This document shows positions 17,926 through 32,100 of a stretch of 64,000 bases of DNA, piece after piece. Made by a program: the position numbers and the translations under genes. Source of the stretch: the human T2T-CHM13v2.0 reference genome, Homo sapiens; assembly GCF_009914755.1 (NCBI RefSeq), contig NC_060938.1. One strand, given 5' to 3'. Under the pieces are notes generated by a model that saw only the letters and a list, made by a program, of their open reading frames with translations, ran no database searches and had not been told where the DNA came from. Position 1 is the first letter of the stretch. Every line of letters begins with the position of its first letter.

Positions 17926-20900
17926 GCTCCCACGTAGGCAAAGCCTAGACAAGTGTTACATCACCTAGGTTATCAGTGCAGGTATAAGTCATAAAGCCTC
18001 CTGTATGCAGAGTGTAGACAAGAGTTTCCTCTCCAGGGTGAGCAGTGCAGAGATGTGTCACAAAGCCCCCCTAGGCAAAGCCTAGGCAAGACTTTCATCA
18101 CTTGGTTGATCAGTTCAGAGATTTGTCACAATGTCCATGTAGGCAGATCTAAGACAACATTCCATCACCTGGGTGATCAGTGCAGAGATATGTACCAATG
18201 TCCCCTGTAGGCAGTGCCTAGACAAGACTTGCATCACCTCAGAGATCAGTGCATAGATATGTCACAAAGCCTTCTGTAGGCAAAGTTCATAAAAGGCTTA
18301 CATCACATAGGTGATCAGTGCGGTGATATGTCACAAAAATCCCCATAGACAGAGCCTAGAAAAGAGTTACATCACCTGGGTGGTCATTGCAGATATTTGA
18401 CACAATGCCCCCATACACAGAGCCTAGAAAACACTTCCGTCACCTGGGTGATCAGTGCAGAGATATGTCAAAAATCCCCCTCTAGGCAGAGTATAGAGAA
18501 CAGTCCCATCACCTGGGTGATCGGTGCAGAGATATTTCACAATGCCCCCTGTAGGCAGAGAGTAGACAAGAGTTACATAACCTGTGCAGAGGTATGTCAA
18601 AACGCCCCTCTAGGCAGAGCCTAGATAAATTTTACACCACCTGGGTGATCAGTGCAGAGATACGTCACAATATCCCCTGTAGGTGGAGCCTAGACAAGAG
18701 TTACATCACCTGGGTGATGAGCGTAGAAATATGTCACAACGCCTATGTAGGCCGAGACGAGACAAGAGTTACATCTCCTGGGTGATCAGTGCAAAGATAT
18801 GTCACAAAGCCCCCTGGAGACAAATCCCAGAAAATTGTTACATCACCTGGGTGATCAGTGGAGATATCTGTCAAAATTCCCCTTTAGGCGCAGCTTAGAC
18901 TAGTGTTACATCTCATGAGTGATCAGTGCAGAGATATGTCACTATGACCCCATAGGCAGATCCAAGACACGAGTCCATCACCTGGGTGATCAGTGCAGAT
19001 ATATGCCACAATGCCGCCAGTAGGCAGATATAGAAAAGAGTTACATGACCTGCGTGATCACTGCAGAGATATGTCCAAATGCCCGGGTAGGCATAGCCTA
19101 GATAAGTGTCCCATTACCTGGATGATCAGTGCAGAGTTATGTCACAATGCCCCCTTTTGGCAGAGCCTAGAAAAAGGTTACATCACATGGGAGATCAGTG
19201 CAGAGATGTGTCAAAAGCCCCCTGTAGCCAGAGCCTAGACAAGGGTTACATCAGCTGTGTGATCAGTACAGTGACATGTCACAAAGTCCCTGTAGCCATA
19301 TCCTTGACTAAGGTGACATCACCTGGGTGATCAGTGCGGAGATATGTCACAATGACTCCAGTAGGCAGAGCCTAGACAAGAGTTACATCACCTGGTTGAT
19401 CAGGTCAGAGATATGTCACAATGCCCCCTGTAGGCGAAGCCTATACATGAGTTACATCATCTCGGTGATCAGTGCAGTGATATGTTAAAATGCCCCTGTA
19501 GGCAGAGCCTAGACAAGAGTTACATCACCTGGGTGATTAGTGCAGAGATATCTCTCAATACCCAATGTAAGCAGAGCCTAGACAAGAGTTACATCACCTG
19601 GGTGATCAGTGAACAGATATGTCATAAATCCCACTGTAGGCAAAGCCTAGACAAGTTTTACATCACTTCAGCCATCATTGCAGAGATATGACTCAATGTC
19701 CCTCTAGGCAGAGCTTAGACAAGAGTCACATCTGCCAGGTGATCAGTGCAGAAATAAGTCACAATGCCCCCATAGGCAGAGCCTAGACAAGAGTTACACA
19801 ACCCGGGTGATCCGTGCAGAGTGATGTCACAATGCCCTCTGTAGGGAGAGACTAGAAAATAGTTACATCACCTGGGAGATCAGTGCAGAGATATGTCACA
19901 ATGCCCCCTGTAGGCAAGCATAGAGTAGAGTTGACTCACCAGAGTTATCAGTGCAGAGATATGTCACAATGTCCCCTGCAGGCAGAGCATAGAGAAGAGT
20001 TGCATCACCTGGGTGATCAGTGCAGAGATATGTCACAATGTCCCCTGTAGGCAAAGACTTGGCAAGAGTTACATCACCTTTGTCATCAGTTCAGGAATAT
20101 GTGAAAACGCCACTGTAGGCAGAGCATAGAAAATATTTACATCACCTTGTTGGTCAGTGCAGAGATATTTCACAATACCCCGTGTAGGCAGATCCTAGAC
20201 AAGAGTTGAATCACCTGGGTGATCATTGCAGAGATATTTCACAATGCCCCCTTTTGGCAGAGGGTAGACAAGAGTTACATCACCTAGGTGATCAGTGCAG
20301 AGACTTGACAAAATTCCCTGTAGGCAGTGCTTATAAAAGGGTTACATCACCTAAGTGTTCAGTGCAGAGATATGTCACAAAGCTCCTGTAGGCAGAACTT
20401 AGATGAGTTACATCACCTGGGTGATCAGTGCAAAGGTATGTCGCAAAGCACCCTGTAGGCACATCCTAGAGTAGAGTTATATCACCTGGGTATTCAGTGC
20501 AGAGATATGTCAAAAGCCCCCTATAGGCAGAGCCTAGACAAGAGTTATATCACCTGAGTGACCAGTGCAGTGATATATCCCAATGCCCTGTAGCCAGAGG
20601 CTAGATTAAAGTTACAGCACCTGGGAGATCAGTGTAGAGATATGTCACAATTTCCCCAGTAGGCAGAGACCAGGCAAGAGTTGGATCACCTCGGGATCAG
20701 TGCAGAGATATCTCAATCCCACTGTGGGCACAGCCTAGACAAGAGTAACATCACCTCGGTTAACAGTGCAGAGATATTTGACAAGGCCCCTTTAAGCAGA
20801 GCCTATACAATGGTTACATCACCTGAGTGATCAGTGCAGAGATCTGTCACAATGCCCCTTTAGGCAGATCTTAGACTAGTGTTATATCACCTGGGTGATC

Positions 20901-21120
20901 AGTGCAGAGATATATCACAATGCCCCCATAGGCAGATCCAACACAAGGGTTACGTCACCTGGGTGATCAGTGTAGAGATATGTCAAAATGCCCCCATAGG
21001 CAGAGCCTAGACAAAAGTCCCATCACCTGGGTGATCAGTGCAGAGATATGTCACAAAGCCCCTGTAGGCAGAGCCTAGACAAGTGTTACATCACAGTGTT
21101 GATCAGTTCAGAGATACGTT
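17926..21120 (+). repeat. Beta satellite
   Basis: Returns to the + orientation directly after the HD2 fragment. Confidence 0.95.
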
Positions 21121-21615
21121 ATGCTGACTGTTTGCACCCCGAGCTCTGCGGGCACCCGGAAACATGCAGGGAAGGGTGGAAGACCGGCATGGTTCATGGG
21201 CTCTCCTTACCAGTTTCCAAACCAGCCACACTGCAGACACCCCACGTTGCCGCACACGGGAATCCATCCTCAGGCCATCACGCCAGGGAGGCATCTTCTC
21301 TCTGGGGTCTCGCTCTGGTCTCCCATGTGGAAATGAACGAGAGCCACACACTTGCCTGTGTGAGACTGTCCCGGCAACGGCAACACCCACAGGCACTGCC
21401 TCCTTCACGGAGAGAGGGCCTGGAACACTCAAGACTCCCACGGAGGTTCAGTTCCACACTCCCCTGCACCATCCCAGGCCGGTTTCTCCCTGCTGAAGAC
21501 GCGTGGGAGCCCAGACAGCGGCTTCCAGTTCCCGCCGGATTCCTGGAGAGGTCAGGAGACCCAGCCACCGAAACGTGCCCCCTTCACCCCTTCCCCCTCG
21601 CCCCCTTCCTCTTAG

Positions 21616-23180
<1,565 letters not shown>

Positions 23181-23846
23181 GACTCCGGGTTGGGACGTGA
23201 TCAGTTCGGGGCAGGGCGGTGGCCTCTCTTTCACGGGGAACTCCTGGCTGGCTATGGAGGGGCGTGTCTTCACCCCGCCCCCCCCACAGGGCTGACCGCC
23301 CTGGGATTCCTGCCTTATAGGTCTAGGCCCGGTGAGAGACTCCACACAGTGGAGAACTGCCATTCTTTACTGGGCATCCCGCGGATCCCAGAGCAGACTC
23401 AGGTACAAACAGGTGGGCCACTTCTGCGCACATGCGGTTTTGCGGACAGCTGCCTAGGCTGTGGGAGCAGCCCATGCAGAGCTCTCCTGCCTTTCCTCCA
23501 CCCCACCCCCGCTGAGCACACCATCCCCACCCTCAACCCCACACCCGGAAAATGCGTCATCCCCTGGGCTGGGTGGAGACCCCGGTCCCGCGAAACACTG
23601 GACACGTGCAGCGTCCAGGCCTGACACCCCTCCGTCGGCTCGCCCCTTCTGCGCCTCTGCGCCACCGTTGCTAGCCCACCCGTACCCCTGCAGCCTCCCA
23701 GCTGCCACCATGGAGCGCCTGGCGGCAGAACGCAGACCTCTAGCTCTCTTTGCCTGCCTCCTGGTTAGACCTGCTCTCATTGCGCACACTGGCTGATGTG
23801 CAAGGGAGCCCGCTGGCCTCTCTGTGCCAGTCTCCATCCGTGAAAT

Positions 23847-25743
23847 ACGTCAGAATACCCCCTGTAGGTGGAGCCTAGACAAGAGTTACTTCACCTGGGT
23901 GATCAGTACAGACATATGTCACAAAGCCCCCGTAGGCCGAGCCTAGACAAGAGTTACATCTCTTGGGTGATCAGTGCAAAGATATGTCACAAAGCACCCT
24001 GTAGACAAATACCAGAAAATTGTTACATCACCTGGGTGATCAATGGAGATATCTTTCACAATTCCCCTTTTGGCGCAGCTTAGACAAGCGTTACATCATA
24101 TGAGTGATCAGTGCTGAGATATGTCATTATGCCCCCATAGGCAGATCCAAGACAAGAGTCCATCACCTGGGTGATCAGTGCAGAAATATGCCACAATGCC
24201 ACCAGTAGGCAGATATAGACAAGAGTTACATCACCTGCGTGATCAATGCAGAGATATGTCACAATGCTCCTGTAGGCAGAGCCTAGACAAGAGTCCCATC
24301 ACCTGGGTGATCAGTGCAGAGTTATATCACAATGCCCCATTTTGGCAGAGCCTAGACAAGGATTACATCACCTGGGTGATCAGTGCAGAGATATATCACA
24401 ATGCCACTGTAGGTAGAGCCTAGACAAGAGATACATGACCTATATTATCAGTGCAGAGATACATAGCAAACCCCTTGTAGGCAGAGCTTTGACAAGTGGT
24501 ACATCACCTGGGTGATCATTGCAGGGATATGTCACAAAGCACCCTGTAGGCGGATCCTAGACAAGAGGTACATCACCTGGGTGATCAGTGCAGAGATGTG
24601 TCACAAGCCCCCTGTAGGCAGAGCCTAGACAAGGGTTATATCACCTGGGTGATCAGTGCAGTAATATGTCACAATGCCATGTAGCCCGAGCTTAGAGAAA
24701 AGTTACATCACGTGGGAGATCAGTGCAGAGATATGTCACAATGCCCCCAGTAGGCAGAGCCCAGACAACAGTTGGATCACCTTGGGATCAGTGCAGAGAT
24801 ATGTCTCAACGCCCCTGTGTGCACAGCCTAGAGAAGAATTACATCACCTCGGTTAACAGTGCAGAGATATGTCAAAATGCCCCTGTAGGCAGAGCCTACA
24901 CAAGTGTTACATCACTTACGTTATCAGTGCAGAGATATGTTACAATATCCTCTGTAAGCAGAACCTAGACAACAGTTACATCACCTGGGTGATCAGTGTA
25001 GACATATTTGTCAAGGTCCCTTTAAGCAGAGCCTAGACAATAGTTACATCAGCTGAGTGATCAGTACAGAGATCTGTCACAATGCCACTTTAGGCAGAGC
25101 TTAGACTAGAGTTACATCACCTGGGTGATCAGTGCAGAGATATGTCACAATGCCCCCATGGGCAGATCCAAGACAAGAGTCCATCACCTGGGTGATCAGT
25201 GCAGAAATATGTGACAATGCCCCCAATAGGCAGAGCCTAGTGAAGAGTCCCATCACCTGGGTGATCAGTGCAGGGTTATGCCACTAAACCCCCTGTAGGC
25301 AGAGCCTAGACAAGACTTAGATCACCTGGTTGATCAGTAAGGAGATATTTCACAATGCCTCTGCAGGCAATGTGTAACCAAGAGTTACATCAAGTAGATG
25401 ATCAGTGCAGAGATATGTCACTGCGCCTTCTATAGGTAGAGCCTGGACAGGAGTTACGTCATCTCAGTGATCAGTGTAGTGATATGTCACTATGCCCCAG
25501 AATTCACAGCCTAGTCAAGCGTTACATCACCTGGGTGATCAGTGCAGGGATATGTCACAAATCCCCCATATACAGAGCCTAGACAAGAGTCCCAACACCT
25601 GGGTGATCAGTGCAGAAATATGTCATGATGCCCCCTAGGCAGATCCAACACAAGAGTTACATAATCTGGGTGATCAGTGAAGAGATATGTCACAATGCCA
25701 CCGTAGGCAGAGCCTAGACAAAAGTCCTATCACCTGGGTGATC
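23847..25743 (+). repeat. Beta satellite
   Basis: 68-bp monomers ending at CACCTGGGTGATC. Confidence 0.95.
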
Positions 25744-28700
25744 TTGTGTGACAGATGGAGACCCTGTTGAAATAAAGGAGTGGAATGGAAGGGATTGGAA
25801 TGGAATGGAATGGATAGGAGTGGAGTGAAGTGGAATTGAGTGGAGTGGAGTGGAGTGGAGTGCAGTGGAATGGAATGGAATGGAATGGTGAAATTATGGG
25901 CTGAGATTGTGCCACTGCACACTAGCCTGGGTGACAGAGTGAGATACTGTCAAAAGAAAGTACTGGAATGGAATGGAGTGGAATGGAATGGAATGTAATG
26001 GAATTGAGAGAAGTGGAATGGAGTGGAGTAGAAAGGAGTGGAATGGAATGGGAAGGAAAGAAAAGGACTGGAGTGGACTGGACCGGGGTGGAGTGGAGTG
26101 GAATGGATTGGAGTGGATTGGAATTTAATGGAGTAGAATGCAATGGAATGGTGAAATGAAATGTGAGCTGAGATTCTGCCACTATGCTCCAGGACGGGTG
26201 ACAGAGTGAGATACTCTCGAAAGAAAGGAATGGAATTGAATGCAGTGGAATGGAATGGCATGGTTTGGAGTGGAGTGGAGTGGAGTGGAGCGGAGTGGAG
26301 TGGAGTGAAGTGGAGTAGAGTTCAATCGAAAGGAATGGAAAAAGATGGAATGAAGAGGAGTGGAGTGGGGTGGAGTGGAGTGCAGTGGTATGGAGCGGAA
26401 TGGAATGGGATGGATTGGAATAGAGTGGAGTGGAGTGCAGTGGAGTGGAGAGGGCTGGAATGGAGTGGAATGGGATCGGGTGTAATGGAATGTAGTGCAG
26501 TGCAGGGGAGTGGAGTGGAACAGAGTGGAATGGAATGAAATTGAATGGAATGGAATAGAATGGAAAGGACTGGAATGGAATGGAATGCAATGGAATGCAA
26601 TGGAATAGAATGCAACACAATGGAAAGATGACATGTAAAGTGAGCTGAGATTGTGCCACTGCACTCCAGCCAGGGTGACACAGTGATATCCTGTTGAAAG
26701 AAATGAATGGAATGCAACGGAGAGGAATGGAGTGGAGTGGAGCGGAATGGAAAGGGAAGGAGTGGAACGGAATGGAGTGGAGTGGGGTGGAGTGAAATAG
26801 AGTGGAATGGAATAGGGTAGAATGGAATGCAATGGAATGGTGAAAAGAAATGTCAGCTGAGACTGTGTCACTGCACTCCAGCCTTTGTGACATAGTGAGT
26901 TCCTGTGGAAAGAAATGAATGGAATGGAATGGAGTGGAATGGAAGGCAGTGGAGTGGAGTGGAGAGGAGTGGAGTGGAGTGGAGAGGAACGGAGTGGAGT
27001 GGAGTGAAATGGAATTGAGTGGAGTGGAGTGGAGTGGAGTAGAGTGGAATGGAATGGAGTGGAGTGGAGTGGAATGGAGTGTCATGCAGTGGAATGCAGT
27101 GGAGTGGAATGGAGTGGCATGGAGTGGAATGCAGTGGAGTGGAGTGGAGTGGAATGGAGACGAGTGGACTGGAGTGAAGTAGAGTGGAATGGAATGGAGT
27201 GGAGTGGAATGGATTGACATGGATTGGAATGGAGTGGAGTGGACTGGAGTGGAATGGAATGAAATGGTGAAAAGAAAAGTGTGACACAGGGAGATCCTGT
27301 TGAAAGAAATGAGTGGAGTAGAAGGGATTGGAATGGAATGGAATGGAATTGATTGGAGTAGAGTGGAATGGAATTGACTGGAGTGGAGTGGAGTGCAGTG
27401 GAATGGAATGGAATGGAGTGGAATGGTGAAATGAAGTGTGAGCTGAGATTGTGCCACTGCATACCAGCCTGGTTGATAGAGTGAGATCCTGTCAAAAGAA
27501 AGGAATGGAATGGAATGGAGTGGAATGGAATGGATTGGAGTGGAGTGGAGGGGAGTGGAGTGGAAAGGAGTGGAATGGAATGGGATGGAATGGAAAGGAC
27601 AGGAATGGACTGGAATGGAGTGGAGTGGAGGGGAACGTACTGGAGTGGAGTGGTGTGGAATAGAAAGGAAGAGAATGGAATGGAATGGTGAAATGTAATA
27701 TGAGCTGAGATTGTGCCACCACACTCCAGGCTGGGTGACAGAGTGAGATACTCTCGAAAGAAAGGAATGGAATGGAATGCAGTGTAATGGAATGGAATGG
27801 AATGGAATGGAGAGGAGTGGAGTGGAGTGAAGTGGAGTGGAGTGGAATGGAGAGTAATGGAATGAGATGGAATGGAATGGAATGAAGAGTAATAGAGTGG
27901 GGTGGAGTGGAGTGCAGTCGATTGGAGCGGAATGGAATGGGATGGAGTGGAATGGAGTGGAGTGGAGTGGAGTGCAGTGGAGTGGAGACGAGTGGAATAG
28001 AGTGGAATGGAATCAGATATAATGGAATGTAGAGGAGTGGAGAGGAATGGAGTCGAACGGAATGGAATGGAATGGAATGGAATGGAATGGAAAGGAATGG
28101 AATGCAATTGAATGCAAAGCAATGGAAAGTTGACATGTAAGGTGAGCTGAGATAGTGTCACTGCACTCCACCCTGGGTGACACGGTGATATCCTGTGGAA
28201 AAGAAGCTATGGAATGCAATGGAGTGAAATGGTATGGAACGGAATGGAATGGAGTTGAGTGGAGTGGAGTGGAGTTTAGTGGAATGTTGTCGAATGGAAT
28301 GGGATGGAGTGGAATGGAATGGAGTGGAGTGGAGTGGAGTGAAATAGAGAGGAATGGAATGGGATTGAATGGAATGCAAAGGAATGGTGAAAAGAAATGT
28401 GAACTAAGATTGTGCCACTGCACTGCAGCCTCTGTGACAGAGTGAAATCCTTTGGAAAGAAAGGAAAGGAATGGTATGGAATGGAATGGAGTGGAGTGGA
28501 GTGGAGTGGCGTGGAATGGAATGGAATGGAATGGAGTGGAGTGGAATGGAATGGAATGGACTGGAATGGAATGAAATGGAAAACAATGGAATGCAATGGA
28601 ATAGAATGCAGTGAAATGGAAAGTTGAGATGTAATGTGAACAGAGATTGTGCCACTGCACTCCAGCCTGGGTGACACAGTGATATCCTGTTGAAAGAAAG

Positions 28701-31700
28701 GAATGGAATGCAAAGGAGTGAAATGGAATGGAATGGAATGGAATGGAATGGAGTGGAGAGGAGTGGAGTGGAGTGGATTAAAGTGGAGTGGAGTGGAATG
28801 CAATGGATTGGAATAGGGTGGAGAGGAATGGAATGGAGCAGAGTGGAGTGGAATGGAGAGGAATGGAGTGGAGTGGAGTGGAATGCAATCAAATGGAATG
28901 TAATGGAAGCGAATGGAATGGAGTGGAATTGAATGAAATGGAATGGAGTGGAGTGGAATGGAGTGGGGTGGAGAGGAGTGGAATGGAGTGGAGTGGAGTG
29001 GAATGGAATGGAGAGGAATGGAACGGAATAGATTGGAATGGAGTGGAAAAGAGTGGAATGGAATGTAGTGGAATGAAATGGAGTGGAGTGCACTGGAGTA
29101 GAGTGGAATGGAATGCAGTGGAATGGAATGTAGTGTAATAGAATGGAATGGAATGGAATGGAATGGAATGGAATGGAATGGAATGAAATGTTGACAAGAA
29201 ATGTGTGCTGAGACTGTGCCAATGCACTACAGCCTGTGTGGCAGAGGGAGATCCTGTCGAAAGAAAGGCTTGGAATTGAAGGGATTGGAATGGAATGAAT
29301 TGGACTGGAGTGGAGTCGAATTGAGTGGAGTGGAGTGCAGTGTAGTGCAGTGGAATAGAATGGAATGGAATGGAATGCTGAAGTGAAATGTGAGATGAGA
29401 CTGTGCCAATGCACACCAGCCTGGGTGACAGAGTGAGATTCTGTCAAAAGAAATGAATGGAATGGAATGGAGTGGAATGGAATGGAATGGAGTGGAGTGG
29501 AGAAGAATGTAATGCAGTGGAGGGGAGTGGAGTGGAGTGGAGAGGAGTGGAGTGGAATGGATTGTAGTGGAGGGGAGTGGCATTGAGTGGAGTGGAGTGG
29601 AATAGAGTGGAATGGAATGGAATGGAGTGGAATGGAATGGAGTGGCAAGGAGTGGAATTGAGTGGAATGGATTGGAGTGGAATGGAGAGGAGTGGAGTGG
29701 AATGGAGTAGAGTGGAATGGAATGGAGTGGAATGGAGTGGCATGGAGTGGAATGGAGTGGAGTGGAGGGGAACGGAGAGGAGTGGAGTGGACTGGAGTGC
29801 AGTGGAAGGGATTGGAATGGAAAGGAATAGAGTGGAATGGAATGGAATCAAATGGTGAAAAGAAATGTGTGCTGAGATTGTGCCAGTGTGCTACAGCCTG
29901 TGTGACACAGGAAGATCCTGTCAAAAGAAAGGAATGGAATGTTAGGGATTGGAATGGAATGGAAAAGAATGGATTGGAGTGGAGTGGAATGGAATTGAGT
30001 GGAGTGGAGTGGAGTGCAGTGGAATGGTGAAATGAAATATGAGCTGAGATTGTGCCACTGCACACCAGCCTGGGTGACAGAGTGAGACCCCGTCAAAACA
30101 AAGGAATAGAATGGAGTGGAATGGAATGGAGTGGATTGGAGGGAAGTGGAGTGGAAAGGAGTGGAATGGAAAGGAGTGGAATGGAATGGACGGGAATGGA
30201 GAGGAGTGGAATGCATTGGAGTGGAGTGGAGTTGAATCGAATGGAATGGAATAGAATGGAAAGGAATGGTGAAATGAAATGTGTGCTGAGATTGTGCCAC
30301 TACACTCCGGGCTGGGTGACAGAGTGAGATACTCTCGAAAGAAGGGAGTGGAATGGAATGCAGTGGAGTGGAGTGAGTGGAGTGGAGTGGAGTGGAGTGG
30401 AATGGAGTGAACTGGAGAGGAGTGGACTGGAGAGAAGTGGAGTGGAATGGAGGGGAATGGAATGGGATGGAATGGAATGGAAATAAGTGGAGTGGAGAGG
30501 GGTGGAGGGAAGTGCAGTGGAATGGAGCGGAATGGATTGGAATGGAGTGGAATGGAGTGGAGTGGAGTTGAATGGAGAGGAGTGGAATGTAGTGGAATGG
30601 AATCAGATGTAATGGAATGTAGAGGAGTGGAGTGGAGTCGAATGGAGTGGAATGGAAGGGAAAGGAATGGAATGGAAAGGATGTAATGGAAAGGAATGGA
30701 ATGCAATTGAATGCAATGGAATAGAATGCAATGCAATGGAAAGTTGACATGTAATATGAGCTGAGATAGTGCCACTGCACTCAAGACTGGGTGACACAAT
30801 GATATACAGTGGAAAGGAAGCTATGGAATGCCATGGAGTGAAATGTTATGGAATGGAATGGAATGGATTTGAGTGTAGTGGAAAGGAGTTTAGTTCAATG
30901 GAGTCGACTGGAATGGGATGGAGTGGAATGGAGTGGAGTGGAGTGAAATAGAGAGGAATGGAATGGGATGGAATGGAACGTAATTGAATGGTGAAAAGAA
31001 ATGTGAGCTGAGATTGTGCCACAGCACTCCAGCCCCTGTGACAGAGTGAGATCCTTTGGAAAGAAAGGGAAGGAATGGTATGGAATGGAATGGAATGGAA
31101 TGGAGTGGAGTGGAGTTTAGAGGAGTGGAGTGGAGAGGAGTGGAGTGGAATGGATTGGAGTGGAATGGAATGGAGTGGAGTGGAATGGAATGGAATAGAG
31201 TGGAATGGAATTGAATGGAGTGGAATGGAATGGAATGGAGTGGGATGGAATGCAATGGAAATGAATGGAATGGAATGAAACGGAATGGAAAGGAATGAAA
31301 TGGAGTGGAATGGAATCATGAAAAGAAATGTGTGCTGAAATTGTGCCACTGCGCTACACCCTGTGTGAGAGAGGGAGAACTTCTCAAAAGAAAGGAGTGG
31401 AATGGAAGGGATTGGAATTGCACGGAATGGAATAGGTTGGAGTGGAGTGGAGTGGAATTCAGTGGTTTGGAGTGGAGTGCAGTGGAATGGAAAGGAATGG
31501 AATGGTGAAATGAAAAATGGGCTGAGATTGTGCCACTGCACTCCTGCCTGGGTGACAGAGTGAGATCCTGTCAAACGAAAGGAATGCAATCTAATGGAGT
31601 GCAATGGAATGGAATGGAGTGGAGTAGAGTGGATTGGAGAGGAAAGGAGTGCAATGGAATGGGATGGAAGGGAAAGGAGTGGAGTGGAATGGAATGGAGT

Positions 31701-32100
31701 GGAATGAAGTGAATGGATTGCAATGGAGTGGAGTAGAGCAGAGCAGAATGGAACTGAATGGAACGGAATTGAATGGAATGGTGAAATGAAATGTCAGCTG
31801 AGATTGTGCCACTGCTCTCCAGGCTGGGTGACGGGGTAAGATACACTCGAAAGAAAGGAATGGAATGGAATGCAGTGGAATGGAATGGATTGGAATGGAG
31901 TGGACTGGAGTGGAGTGGAGTGGAGTGAAGTGGAGTGGAGTGGAATGGAGAGGAATGGAATGGGATGGAATGGAATCGAATGAAGTGGAGTGGAGTGGGG
32001 TGGAGCGGAGTCCAGTGGAATGGAGTGGAATGGAATGGGATGGAGTGGAATGGAGTGGTTTAGAGAGAAGGGGAGTGGAGAGGAGTGGAATGGAATGGAA
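25744..32100 (+). repeat. Composite satellite: Alu 3'-end fragments interspersed with (GGAAT/GGAGT)n
   Basis: 21 fragments starting near 25744, 25897, 26163, 26640, 26852, 27279, 27438, 27701, 28142, 28399, 28636, 29203, 29390, 29867, 30040, 30281, 30757, 31003, 31330, 31518 and 31793. Each is followed by an AAAGAAA-like tail and then pentamer repeats. Confidence 0.92.
30040..30098 (+). mobile_element. Alu right-arm 3' fragment (best-preserved of the 21; old, CpG-decayed, J-like end)
   Basis: TGAGCTGAGATTGTGCCACTGCACACCAGCCTGGGTGACAGAGTGAGACCCCGTCAAAA matches the last ~55 nt of Alu. Confidence 0.9.

Noticed and set aside
25744-32100. CRISPR-like appearance (conserved ~55-bp repeat with variable spacers)
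   Set aside because: The repeat is an Alu 3' end. The spacers are GGAAT/GGAGT tracts of very uneven length. There are no cas genes, and the context is primate DNA.
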